A DNA stretch of 64,000 nt from Paracoccaceae bacterium (GTDB taxonomy: Bacteria; Pseudomonadota; Alphaproteobacteria; Rhodobacterales; Rhodobacteraceae), in contig JBJHCH010000004.1 of assembly GCA_050485905.1 (NCBI GenBank), positions 150 through 64,149 on the forward strand. Direction: 5' to 3'. Of this stretch, positions 47,688-56,994 are shown in pieces (position 1 is the stretch's first letter; every line of letters begins with the position of its first letter). A program made the position numbers and the translations under genes. Below the pieces are notes generated by a model. That model made no database searches, was not told the origin of the DNA, and saw only the letters and a program-made list of their open reading frames with translations.

Positions 47688-48772
47688 GGCCGGTTCAACC
47701 CGCCCATCTCCACGTCCACCCGCTCCGACAGGCTGTCCAGACTGTCGTGCAGCAGCTGCAGCAGATAGGTCGGGTTGTGGACATAGCCGCCGGGGTTCTT
47801 GGCCGCGACCTGATAGTTATAGGCCGCCTGCAGCAGCCGCGGCGTCCAGTTCCGGTAGCGGTTCGCCGCCACCGCCTCCTCGGGCGCGATCTGCCCCGCC
47901 CCCTCGGGGTCGTTGAAGAAATACGGGAAGCCCGCCGAGGAATAGACGATGGGCGCCCCCGCCACCTCGGCCGCATAGGCGCGGATCGCGGCGTAAAGCT
48001 GCCCCTGCATCCCGACGATCTCGGCGTGAATGCCCTTGGCCGTATCCCCGTCGCCGTCGAAATCCATGTGCCGGGTGCGGATCGCGCGAATATCCTCCAC
48101 CCCGCGATGGCAGGTCAGGCAGCCATCGGTTTCCACCCGCGTCGTGTGCGGGTCGTGGCAATCGGTGCAGGTATTGGCACTCGGCACATGGCGGAACGTC
48201 CCGGCATAGCTCTTGCCCGGATATTCATAGCCGCCGCGAACATCCGCCCCATAGATCATCGCCGCCGCCGCGCCGTAATGGATGTTGATGAACCCCTGCT
48301 CCGGCATCACCTCGTCTGGCCCGACGCCCCTGACCGCCGCCGCCACCGCATCCCCCGACTGTCGGCCCGCATGGCAGACCGTGCAGACCGCGTTGTCCCC
48401 CAGCCCGCTTTCCGTCACGCCAGAGGGGAAGGTGACCGCATCCAGCGCATGCGCCACCGAGGTGTGGCAGGCCGCGCAGCCGATGGGCGAATTGATCGCC
48501 GCCGGATGATCCACCACCCCCGCCGTGCTGCCGTCCGCGCCGAGCCAGTCGATGAATCCCGGCTCCGAATGGCAGGCGGCGCAGGCCACCGGCACCTCGC
48601 CCGCCTCGTTCCAGTAGGTGAAGGACCGCGAATGGTAATCCGCATGGGCCGCGCTCAGCCAGGCTTCGACATATTCCGACAGGCTCTGCGTTTCCTCCGC
48701 CGCGGCCGGGCTGGCCAGCACGCCCAGCGCAGCGATCAGCGCAGCCTTGCAAAGCCGTTGGGGCATGGTCAT
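47684..48772 (-). CDS. Periplasmic pentaheme c-type cytochrome
   Basis: Track ORF 47684..48937. I moved the start to ATG 48772 (RBS ggag), which gives the signal peptide MTMPQRLCKAALIAALGVLASPAAA. Five CXXCH motifs: CAACH, CAACH, CTVCH, CTDCH, CLTCH. Confidence 0.8.
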   Translation of the reverse strand: MTMPQRLCKAALIAALGVLASPAAAEETQSLSEYVEAWLSAAHADYHSRSFTYWNEAGEVPVACAACHSEPGFIDWLGADGSTAGVVDHPAAINSPIGCAACHTSVAHALDAVTFPSGVTESGLGDNAVCTVCHAGRQSGDAVAAAVRGVGPDEVMPEQGFINIHYGAAAAMIYGADVRGGYEYPGKSYAGTFRHVPSANTCTDCHDPHTTRVETDGCLTCHRGVEDIRAIRTRHMDFDGDGDTAKGIHAEIVGMQGQLYAAIRAYAAEVAGAPIVYSSAGFPYFFNDPEGAGQIAPEEAVAANRYRNWTPRLLQAAYNYQVAAKNPGGYVHNPTYLLQLLHDSLDSLSERVDVEMGGLNRP

Positions 48773-48879
48773 GGGTCGATCTCCGTCATTCCGGGGCCAC
48801 GGGTCCGCCGCGGCCTGTAACTCTGCGCGAATCCGGTCCATTATCCCCATCGCGGGCAGCAGCACAAAGACGGAACCCG

Positions 48880-50367
48880 ATGACGGCAGGGGAAACACCC
48901 ACCACCGGCACCATCGACAGGCAGGAACCCGTGGCACCGCCGCGCCTGTCCGGCCGCGTGCTGGCGCTTTTCTACATCACCTTCTGCCTCGTTCCGCTCG
49001 CCCTCGCCACGGCGCTTTCCGTCGCCCCGGCCGACCCCTGGGAATATGCCGCCGCCGCGCTGGGGATGATCGCGCTGGGGGGGATGGCGGTGCAGTTCGT
49101 CACCTCGGGCCGGTTCGATTCCGTCTCGGGCGAGTTGGGCATCGACAAGATCATGGCCTTTCACAAGGTCGCGGCCTGGTGGCTGCTGATCGCCGCCGTC
49201 GCGCATCCGCTGTTCTACGTGATGCCGACATGGCTGGACGATCCGGCGCTCGGCACAGAACGGCTGGTCGCCTATCTGACCCTGCCGCACTACCGCCCCG
49301 GCGTCATCACCTGGGGCGCGCTGGCGCTGATCGTCCTCACCTCCAGCTTCCGTGACCGGCTGCCGTTCCGCTACGAGATCTGGCGCGCCACCCATATCGC
49401 GCTCGGCTCTCTGGCGGTGGGGATGGGCATGCACCACGCGGTCGGCGCCGGGCGGTTCAGCGTCTCGGGGCCGGTCTACTGGTTCTGGATCGTGGCGGCG
49501 GTGGTCGTGGTCGGCGCGGTGGCCATCGTCCACGGCTGGCGCTGGCTCGGGCTGCACCGGCGCCGCTGGCGGCTGGCGGCGGTGACGAAACGCGCCGACC
49601 GGATGTGGGAACTGGACATCCAGCCGCAGCCGGGCACCGACCCGCTGCCCTATCACGCCGGGCAGTTCGTCTGGATGACCGAGGGGCCGCGCCGCATCCC
49701 GATCATGGACCATCCGTTTTCCATCGCCGACAGCCCAAACCGCCCCGGCCTCAGCCTGATCATCAAGGAGGCGGGCGATTTCACCGGCCAGATCGGCACG
49801 CTGAAGCCCGGCACCCCCATCGGCATCGACGGCCCCTATGGCGAGTTTGCACTGGAACGGCACCCGGCCGATGCGGTGCTGCTGATCGCGGGCGGGGTGG
49901 GCATCGCGCCGATCATCGGCATCCTGCGCGACATGGTCGCGCGCCGTGATCCGCGCCCGGTGCGTCTGGCCTATGCCGCCGGTCACCCCGACAATTTCGC
50001 CTGCATGGACGATATCAGGGCCGCAAGGGACGTGCTCGACCTGCGCGTGATGCTGCTGAGCGAGGAGGACAAGGACGGCTGGGACGGAGAGGTCGGGATG
50101 CTGGATCACGACCGGCTGCGCCAGTTGCTGGACGGTCTGGACCCGGCGCAGACGGTCGCCCTGATCTGCGGCCCCGGCGGCATGATCACCGCCGTCTCCG
50201 ACGCGCTGCTGGATCTGGGCATGCCAATGGGCAAGGTGGTCTACGAACGCTTCGACTACGGCGGCGGCGGCTCCTCGCGGCAGGACCGGCTGCGCACGGC
50301 CTGGTTCATCGCCCTGGGGCTGGGGCTGGCCGTCGCGGTGGCGATCTTTGCGCTGATCCGGGCCTGA
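48880..50367 (+). CDS. NOX/FRE-type flavocytochrome b (ferric-reductase transmembrane domain fused to an FAD/NAD(P)H-binding domain)
   Basis: 495 aa. Two bis-His pairs sit in TM helices with NOX-like spacing (AFHK..13 residues..HP and ATHI..12 residues..HH). HPFS FAD motif, GPYG, and the LLIAGGVGIAP NAD(P)H motif. There is an extra C-terminal TM helix (AWFIALGLGLAVAVAIFALI). Confidence 0.8.
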   Translation: MTAGETPTTGTIDRQEPVAPPRLSGRVLALFYITFCLVPLALATALSVAPADPWEYAAAALGMIALGGMAVQFVTSGRFDSVSGELGIDKIMAFHKVAAWWLLIAAVAHPLFYVMPTWLDDPALGTERLVAYLTLPHYRPGVITWGALALIVLTSSFRDRLPFRYEIWRATHIALGSLAVGMGMHHAVGAGRFSVSGPVYWFWIVAAVVVVGAVAIVHGWRWLGLHRRRWRLAAVTKRADRMWELDIQPQPGTDPLPYHAGQFVWMTEGPRRIPIMDHPFSIADSPNRPGLSLIIKEAGDFTGQIGTLKPGTPIGIDGPYGEFALERHPADAVLLIAGGVGIAPIIGILRDMVARRDPRPVRLAYAAGHPDNFACMDDIRAARDVLDLRVMLLSEEDKDGWDGEVGMLDHDRLRQLLDGLDPAQTVALICGPGGMITAVSDALLDLGMPMGKVVYERFDYGGGGSSRQDRLRTAWFIALGLGLAVAVAIFALIRA

Positions 50368-50381
50368 CGGGGCGTGACAGG

Positions 50382-50467
50382 GGTTAAGATCAGGTAAAGA
50401 AAAAATGCGATTTCGTTTGGATTCAATGTGTTGAGATTCTGCTCACGCGTGAGCAGATCGTGAGCAG
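50382..50467 (+). repeat. Copy C of the intergenic repeat family
   Basis: ggttaagatcaggtaaagaaaaaatgcgatttcgtttggattcaatgtgttgagatt, then the palindrome ctgctcacgcgtgagcag (50439-50456), then a duplicated arm cgtgagcag. It ends 4 nt before the stop of the convergent oxidoreductase gene. Confidence 0.6.
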
Positions 50468-50471
50468 CCCC

Positions 50472-51779
50472 TCAGATCCCCAGCCGATCCCGCATCGCAT
50501 ACCAGGTCATCGCCAGCACCAGCAGCGGGTTCCTGAACGCCACCCCGCCCGGAAATCGCCGGATCGGCAGCCGGGCCATCAGGTCGAATTTTTCCGCCTG
50601 CCCCGCCACCGCCTCAGCCAGAATCCGCCCCGCCATCGTCGCCATCGCCACCCCATGACCCGAATAGCCAGAGGCCGAAAGGATGTTCGAAGCGGGCCGC
50701 AGAAACGCCGGCAGCCGGTTCATCGTGATCGCCAGCGTGCCCCCCCAGGCATGATCGATCCGAACGTCCCTGAGATGCGGATAGACCTGCAGCATCGGCT
50801 TCCTGACTACCGCCGCAATATCGGCTGGAAAGCGATAGCCATAGCTCTCGCCCCCGCCGAACAGCAGCCGCCCATCCTCGGACAGGCGGAAATAGTTGAC
50901 CACGAACTTGCTGTCCGCCACCGCCACGTCCCGGGTCAGCACCTCCGCCACCCGCTCGCCCAGCGGCTCGGTCGCCACGATGAAATTGTTGATCGGCATG
51001 ACCCGCGCCGCCACCTGCGGCATCAGCTTTCCCAGATAGCCATTGCAGGCCAGGATCAGGTGATCCGCCGTCACCACCGCCCCCGCATCGGTCGTCACCC
51101 GGACGGCGCTGCCGCCCTCGATCTTCACCGCCAGACTGCCCTCGAACAGCCGCGCCCCCGCCGCCACTGCCGCCCGCGCCAGCCCGAACGCAAAGCGCAG
51201 CGGATGCAGATGCCCCGCCCCATGATCGATCTCGCCCCCCTGATAGGCCAGCGACGGCACGATCTCCCGCAACGCATCGCGGTCCAGTGGCTCGACCTGA
51301 TCGTAGCCATAATCCCGCGCCAGCTTCTCGGCATAGACATGCGCCTCGCGCACCTCGTCCTGCCTCCAGCAGGCATGCACGATCCCCGCCCGCCAGCCCA
51401 CGTCGATCCCGTGCCGGTCGATCAGCCCGCGCATCAGCGCCTTGGCCTCCTCGCCAATATCCCACAGCCTGCGGGCATCCTCTCGACCAACCAGCTTCTC
51501 CAGCGCGACCTGATCGACCCGCTGGCCCGACCCCACCTGCCCGCCGTTCCGCCCCGAGGCGCCGAAGCCCACGCGATGCGCCTCCAGCAGCACCACATCC
51601 AGCCCGCGCTCCGCCAGATGCAGCGCCGCCGACAGCCCGGTATACCCGCCACCAACGATGCAGACATCCGCCCGCACCGCCCCCGCGGCCGTCGGAAACG
51701 GCGGCAATGGCTGCGCGGTCGCCGCGTACCAGCTTTCGGGATAGACCCCGCGCCGGTCGTTCGCAAAGAGCAGATTCAT
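50472..51779 (-). CDS. FAD-dependent oxidoreductase (PuuB/PauB-like gamma-glutamylamine oxidase family)
   Basis: Track ORF 50472..51809. I moved the start to ATG 51779 (MNLLFANDRRGVYPESWY). FAD Rossmann motif VCIVGGGYTGLSAALHLAERG. Confidence 0.85.
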   Translation of the reverse strand: MNLLFANDRRGVYPESWYAATAQPLPPFPTAAGAVRADVCIVGGGYTGLSAALHLAERGLDVVLLEAHRVGFGASGRNGGQVGSGQRVDQVALEKLVGREDARRLWDIGEEAKALMRGLIDRHGIDVGWRAGIVHACWRQDEVREAHVYAEKLARDYGYDQVEPLDRDALREIVPSLAYQGGEIDHGAGHLHPLRFAFGLARAAVAAGARLFEGSLAVKIEGGSAVRVTTDAGAVVTADHLILACNGYLGKLMPQVAARVMPINNFIVATEPLGERVAEVLTRDVAVADSKFVVNYFRLSEDGRLLFGGGESYGYRFPADIAAVVRKPMLQVYPHLRDVRIDHAWGGTLAITMNRLPAFLRPASNILSASGYSGHGVAMATMAGRILAEAVAGQAEKFDLMARLPIRRFPGGVAFRNPLLVLAMTWYAMRDRLGI

Positions 51780-53131
51780 ACGTTCAGCAGCAGATGCTCG
51801 CGCTCCCACGGGCTGATCACCTGCAGGAACTCCTTGTACTCGAGCCGCTTCACCGCCTCGTAGACACCGCAGAATTCTTCACCCAGAACCTCGCGCATCG
51901 GCTTGCTGCCGGCGAACTGGTCCAGCGCATCGCCAAGGTTCAGTGGCAGTTCATCCTCGCCCATATAGGCGTCGCCCAGATATTCGGGCCGGGGCAACTT
52001 GCCCTCCTTCAGACCCAGATAACCGCAGGCCAGGCTGGCGGCGAGTCCGAGATAGGGGTTGCAGTCCATCCCGGCCAGCCGGTTCTCGATCCGCCGCGCC
52101 TCGGGTTCGGATATCGGAACGCGGATACCGGTGGTGCGGTTGTCGCGCCCCCACTCCAGGTTGATCGGCGCCGCGAAATCCGGGACGTAGCGGCGATAGC
52201 TGTTCACATAGGGCGCAAGGATCGCGATCACCGCCGGCAGGTAGTTCTGCATGCCCGCGATGAAATGATGGAAGGCCTCGGTCTCTCCCCCCTTTTCATC
52301 CGAGAAGATGTTGCGCCCGCTGGAGGTCTCTATCACCGAGTGATGCATGTGCATCGCACTGCCCGGCTCGCCCTCGATGGGCTTCGCCATGAAGGTGCCG
52401 AAACAGTCGTGACGCAGCGCGGCCTCGCGGATCAGGCGTTTGAAGAAGAAGATCTCGTCAGCCAGATCGACCGGATCGCCGTGCTGCAGGTTGATCTCCA
52501 CCTGCCCGGCGCCGCCTTCCTGCAGGATGCCATCAATCTCGAATCCCTGCGCCTCGGCGAAATCATAGATATCGTCGATCACCGGGCCATATTCGTCCAC
52601 CGCCGACATCGAATAGGCCTGTTTGCCCGCAGCGCGCCGGCCGGACCGACCCATCGGCGGAATGATCGGCGTGTTCGGATCGGTGTTGCGCGCGACGAGG
52701 TAGAACTCCATCTCTGGCGCGACGATCGGGGTCCAGCCCTCGGCGCGGTAGAGGTCGATGACGCGCTTCAGCACGTTGCGCGGCGCGCTCGGCACCGGGC
52801 GGCCGCGCTGGTCAAAGACGTCGTGGATAACCTGCAGCGTCACGTCGGCGGTCCAGGGCGCGGCCCGCGCGGTGCGGAAATCCGGCTTCAGGATCATGTC
52901 GGGCTCGGTGAAGGCATCCGCGGGGCTGTCTGCCCAGTCGCCGGTGATCGTCTGCAGGAAGATCGAGTTCGGCAGGTAGAAATGCGCCTGTTTGGCGAAT
53001 TTCGAGGCCGGCATCGCCTTGCCGCGCGCAACGCCGGCAAGGTCGGGCACGATGCACTCGACCTCATCGGGCTTGCGCCCGGCGACATAGTCGCGGGCGG
53101 CCTCGGGCAGCTGGCTGAGCCAGTCAGACAT
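51776..53131 (-). CDS. Glutamine synthetase family protein (gamma-glutamylamine synthetase, PuuA/PauA-like)
   Basis: 451 aa. GS catalytic-domain motifs are present (MAKPIEGEPGSAMHMHHS, NRTTGIRVP). Confidence 0.9.
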   Translation of the reverse strand: MSDWLSQLPEAARDYVAGRKPDEVECIVPDLAGVARGKAMPASKFAKQAHFYLPNSIFLQTITGDWADSPADAFTEPDMILKPDFRTARAAPWTADVTLQVIHDVFDQRGRPVPSAPRNVLKRVIDLYRAEGWTPIVAPEMEFYLVARNTDPNTPIIPPMGRSGRRAAGKQAYSMSAVDEYGPVIDDIYDFAEAQGFEIDGILQEGGAGQVEINLQHGDPVDLADEIFFFKRLIREAALRHDCFGTFMAKPIEGEPGSAMHMHHSVIETSSGRNIFSDEKGGETEAFHHFIAGMQNYLPAVIAILAPYVNSYRRYVPDFAAPINLEWGRDNRTTGIRVPISEPEARRIENRLAGMDCNPYLGLAASLACGYLGLKEGKLPRPEYLGDAYMGEDELPLNLGDALDQFAGSKPMREVLGEEFCGVYEAVKRLEYKEFLQVISPWEREHLLLNV

Positions 53132-53138
53132 GAAACAC

Positions 53139-53816
53139 CTATCTGGGTTGCTTGAAGAATTCTGCTACGCGGTCTGCCACCTCGGACGAGGCGTTCGGGC
53201 CGCCGAAACGCATCCGCGCCGCGTTCATCAGGGAGTCGGGCACAAGCCCCTTGCCGCGGGTCTGCATAAGGTCCTCGATGAATCCATCGTCGTATTCGGG
53301 ATGGGCCTGAACCGTCAGCGCCCAGTCACCGTAGGCCAGTGCGGCGTAATGGCAGAAGTCATTCGTGGCCGTGACCTCGGCGCCCTCGGGTGCGCGCACC
53401 ACCTGATCCTGATGCCAAGCATTGAGGGTGAGCGGCGTACCTGCGAAATCATACTGCTGCGGGCCGACCGCCCAGCCCTGGGCGAATTTTTCGACCCGCC
53501 CGCCCAATGCCTGCGCAATGATCTGGTGACCGAAACAGATGCCGACCATCGGCACAGCTGCGGCACGGGCGTCGCGGATGAAGTTTTCCAGCCGCGGGAT
53601 GAACGCATGATCCTCATAGGCACCGTGGCGCGATCCGGTGATCAGCCAGCCATCGGCGTCACGGATGCTTTCGGGAAACTCCATCTCCTCCACATGCCAG
53701 GTGCGGAAGGTAAAGCCGCGACCGGCCAGAAGCCGCTCGAACATGGCCGGATAGTCGCCCGTCCGCTCGCGCAGATCAGCGGGCGCCTGGCCGGTTTGCA
53801 AGATGCCGATAAGCAT
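53139..53816 (-). CDS. Class I glutamine amidotransferase-like protein
   Basis: Track ORF 53139..53843. I moved the start to ATG 53816 (MLIGILQTG). Nucleophile elbow GICFGHQ. Confidence 0.8.
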   Translation of the reverse strand: MLIGILQTGQAPADLRERTGDYPAMFERLLAGRGFTFRTWHVEEMEFPESIRDADGWLITGSRHGAYEDHAFIPRLENFIRDARAAAVPMVGICFGHQIIAQALGGRVEKFAQGWAVGPQQYDFAGTPLTLNAWHQDQVVRAPEGAEVTATNDFCHYAALAYGDWALTVQAHPEYDDGFIEDLMQTRGKGLVPDSLMNAARMRFGGPNASSEVADRVAEFFKQPR

Positions 53817-53875
53817 GGATTGTCCGCAGATTGGTTTGATCAAATCTACGGCCCGCGCCGCCGCGCCGCAAGGGG

Positions 53876-55210
53876 TCAGACAGTATCCAGGTAAACCTCG
53901 ACCTGCTCCTCGGGTGACAATTCGGCCATGTAGTGCAACTCCTGCCGCTTGGTGAGCAGCAGGTTGCGGATCAGTTCCGCCGGAAAGATGCGCGCCATGA
54001 GGCCGCTTTTCTCGAAGGCGTCGATTGACTGATCCCAGCTTGCCGGCACCTGCGGCAGATCAAGCGCGTAGGCGTTGCCTGTGATCGGCGGAGGCGGCGT
54101 CATCCCATCCTCTATCCCGACGAGTGCGGCACCCAGGATCGCGGCGAGCATCAGGTAGGGATTCACGTCGCCGCCGGCCACGCGATGCTCCACCCGCCGT
54201 GCCTTGTGGCTGCCCGCCGGGACGCGAATCGCGGCTGTGCGGTTTTCGTAGGCCCAGCAGACGCTTGTAGGGGCATGCGCACCCGGCACCATGCGGTCAT
54301 AGCTGTTGGCATGCGGCGCAAAGATCAGGGTGGAGTCCCGCATTGCCCCCAGGCAGCCGGCAATCGCCTGCTTCAGAAGCTCCGAGCCTTCGGGGCCACC
54401 ATTGTCGAAGACATTGCGCCCCTCGGCGTCGATCAGGGAGAAATGGGTGTGCAGACCGTTGCCGGAATACTCCGGATAGGGCTTGGCCATGAAGCTGGCA
54501 GCAAAGCCGTGGCGCCGCGCCAGCCCCTTCACCAGCATCTTGAACAGCCATGCATCGTCGGCCGCGCGCAGCGCGTCGTCGGTATGCATCATGTTTATCT
54601 CGAACTGGCCCAGCCCGGTTTCCGAAATCGCGGTGTCGGCGGGGATGTCCATCGACTCGCAGGCGTCGTAGAGATCAGTGAAGAAGATATCGAACTGATC
54701 CAGCGCGCGGATCGACAGGGTCTCGGCCGCCTTGCGCCGCTTGCCGGACCGTGGGCTGACGGGAACCTGCAGCTTTCGGCCGCTGTCGTCGATCAGAAAG
54801 AACTCCATCTCCGTCGCCACGACCGGGGTCAGCCCGCGGGCAGCGTAGCGGCGAAGGACGGCTGCCAGCGCCTGCCGGGGGTCGCCGTCATAGGGGCGAC
54901 CATCTTCATGGAACATCCAGATCGGCAGCAGCGCCGTCGGCGCCTCGAGCCACGGCATTGGCAGGAATCCGCGTTCAGTCGGTCGCAGCACACCGTCGGC
55001 ATCGCCCGTGTCGAAGACCAGCGGGCTGTCGTCGATATCCTCGCCCCAGATATCGAGGTTCAGCACCGACATCGGAAAGCGCGTGCCATCGGTCAGCACC
55101 CGCTCGGCGAACCGCGACGGGATTCGCTTGCCCCGCGCCTGACCGTTCAGGTCGGCTGCCGCCACGCGGATCGTGTGGACTTCGGGATGCTTGCGAAGCC
55201 AGTTCTTCAT
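53876..55210 (-). CDS. Glutamine synthetase family protein (second GS-like paralog)
   Basis: 444 aa. GS beta-grasp and catalytic domains are present (FMAKPYPEYSGNGLHTHFS, NRTAAIRVP). Confidence 0.9.
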   Translation of the reverse strand: MKNWLRKHPEVHTIRVAAADLNGQARGKRIPSRFAERVLTDGTRFPMSVLNLDIWGEDIDDSPLVFDTGDADGVLRPTERGFLPMPWLEAPTALLPIWMFHEDGRPYDGDPRQALAAVLRRYAARGLTPVVATEMEFFLIDDSGRKLQVPVSPRSGKRRKAAETLSIRALDQFDIFFTDLYDACESMDIPADTAISETGLGQFEINMMHTDDALRAADDAWLFKMLVKGLARRHGFAASFMAKPYPEYSGNGLHTHFSLIDAEGRNVFDNGGPEGSELLKQAIAGCLGAMRDSTLIFAPHANSYDRMVPGAHAPTSVCWAYENRTAAIRVPAGSHKARRVEHRVAGGDVNPYLMLAAILGAALVGIEDGMTPPPPITGNAYALDLPQVPASWDQSIDAFEKSGLMARIFPAELIRNLLLTKRQELHYMAELSPEEQVEVYLDTV

Positions 55211-55213
55211 GTC

Positions 55214-56065
55214 TCACCTGATGAATTGCGGCCGGATTCTCAGCCGCGAGCGAATGGCCTTGGGCAGATGTCGGTTCAGGCGCCGATTGACCATCCCGAA
55301 GCCGATGATGATGACGAGCGTAAGCGCCACGAAATAGGCGGCGGCAATCGGATAGGCCACGAACGGGTTGAAGGTCTGATCGGCGAAGTAGCGCGCGTAG
55401 TAGAGCGAATCGCCCATCTGCTGCCACGCCGGAAACGCCGAGAAGTAGACCAGCGCCGTGGCGTGCAGCAGAAAGATCGCCTCGTTGGTATAGCTGGGCC
55501 AGGCGAGGCGCAGCATCGTGGGCCAGATCACCCTGCGAAACCGGGTGAAGCCCGACATACCATAGGCGTCCGCAGCCTCCAGATCGCCCTTGGGTATGGC
55601 CCGCAGCGCACCATAGAAGATCTCGGCGGCATAGGCAGAGGTATTCAGGAACAGAACGAACAGCGCGCCTGCCCAGGCGCGCGTCATCCACTGCGTTTCG
55701 ACCGTGATAGTGGCGACCAGCAGGTTCACGTCGATCCCGGCTCGCGGCAGCAGCGCCAGCGCCTCATAGGCAAAGAAGAACTGAATGAAGAGCGGTGAGC
55801 CACGGAAAACGAAGATGAACCCCGCCGCTGGCTTTGACAGCCAGACGGAGGCATTCGCCTTGGCGAGCGCCAGCGCAGTCGCAAGAAAGAAGCCCGCCGC
55901 CAAGGCGATAACCGCATAGTAGATGTTCCACAACAGGCCAGAGGCGACCAGAAACACCTGATCGCAAAGCGTGATCTCCAGCCCGCGCGGCAGAAGGGGT
56001 TGGCCGAACTCGCGCCCCATCGAGCGCAGGATCAGGCCCTGAAAGCTCTCGTAGCAGCTTCTCAT
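55214..56065 (-). CDS. ABC transporter permease, OccM/NocM-like (polar amino acid / opine family)
   Basis: 283 aa. EAA loop (AADAYGMSGFTRFRRVIWP). The start overlaps the stop of the upstream permease. Confidence 0.85.
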   Translation of the reverse strand: MRSCYESFQGLILRSMGREFGQPLLPRGLEITLCDQVFLVASGLLWNIYYAVIALAAGFFLATALALAKANASVWLSKPAAGFIFVFRGSPLFIQFFFAYEALALLPRAGIDVNLLVATITVETQWMTRAWAGALFVLFLNTSAYAAEIFYGALRAIPKGDLEAADAYGMSGFTRFRRVIWPTMLRLAWPSYTNEAIFLLHATALVYFSAFPAWQQMGDSLYYARYFADQTFNPFVAYPIAAAYFVALTLVIIIGFGMVNRRLNRHLPKAIRSRLRIRPQFIR

Positions 56066-56943
56066 GCCCGCGCCCTCCGCAGGGCTTCGCCGCCGGCCGT
56101 GGCCTGGCCGCGGCTGAGACGGATCATCAGGCGATCAAAGACCTTCTGGCTGGCCCAAGTCAGCGTCAGGTAGAAAATCAGGACGCCGAGGAAGTACCAG
56201 ACGCGCCAATCAGGGTGTGGATAGGCGTAAAGGCTGGTCTTTGCGCCGCCAAGCTCGCGCGCCCAGAAGACGATATCCTGTATGCCGAGCAGGAAAAGAA
56301 GCGGGGTCGCCTTGGTCAGGATCATCCACAGGTTCGACAAACCCGGCAGGGCATAAACCCACATCTGCGGGATCAGAACCCGGCGAAACGCCTGGGCGCG
56401 GGTCATGCCATAGGCTTCTGCCGTCTCGATCTGGCCGCGTGGAACCGCTGCCATTGCCCCGTGCAGAGTGTTGGCGGCAAAGGCGCCGAACACTAAGGCA
56501 AAGGCGATCAGCGCTAGGCTGAAGCCCCAAAGATCATGCACCCAGGCCGGCGAATTCGAAAGCGGAACCTTCGCTGCCGAGCAGACGATGAAGTCGTTCC
56601 CTCGCCAGACCGAGCCCTCCCAGTCCGGGCAGCGGATCCGGTGCATGACATATTCGATCAACTGGTCCAGTGCGATCGGCACGAACAGAAAGAAGATGAT
56701 GTCGGGAACGCCGCGCACCATCGATACATAGATCGTGCCGATCCAGCGAAAGACGAAAATGCTTGATCGCATGGCGATCGCGCCCAGAAATCCCAGCGCC
56801 AGCGCCATAGGCGCCGCCATCGCCATCAGAAGCAGCACCACGAACACCGAGCGATAAAGCGCGAAATGGGTGTTCGTGGTCAGATAGCAGAGAAACCACT
56901 GCCAATCCGGCAGGGTCGAGGGATCTGTGCAGAACGCGAACAT
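56062..56943 (-). CDS. ABC transporter permease, OccQ/NocQ-like
   Basis: 293 aa. EAA loop (TAEAYGMTRAQAFRRVLIP) and the extended periplasmic loop typical of opine-type permeases. Confidence 0.85.
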   Translation of the reverse strand: MFAFCTDPSTLPDWQWFLCYLTTNTHFALYRSVFVVLLLMAMAAPMALALGFLGAIAMRSSIFVFRWIGTIYVSMVRGVPDIIFFLFVPIALDQLIEYVMHRIRCPDWEGSVWRGNDFIVCSAAKVPLSNSPAWVHDLWGFSLALIAFALVFGAFAANTLHGAMAAVPRGQIETAEAYGMTRAQAFRRVLIPQMWVYALPGLSNLWMILTKATPLLFLLGIQDIVFWARELGGAKTSLYAYPHPDWRVWYFLGVLIFYLTLTWASQKVFDRLMIRLSRGQATAGGEALRRARA

Positions 56944-56994
56944 CGCGCAAGCCGGTCAACGCCCCCCGGAAAAGACCCGGAGGGCGTATGGCGA

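Noticed and set aside
45384-48820. 750-aa minus-strand ORF (45384..47636) and 686-aa plus-strand ORF (46760..48820)
   Set aside because: They overlap the MFS transporter, pccR and the pentaheme cytochrome genes, either in antisense or in alternative frames. Their composition is Arg/Pro/Gly-rich and lacks motifs.
51287-53155. 622-aa plus-strand ORF, with similar long ORFs at 54185..55798, 22600..24168 and 12555..14375
   Set aside because: All are antisense to genes with clear family signatures (GS-like, acyl-CoA dehydrogenase / ligase, NeuC). They are GC-driven open frames.
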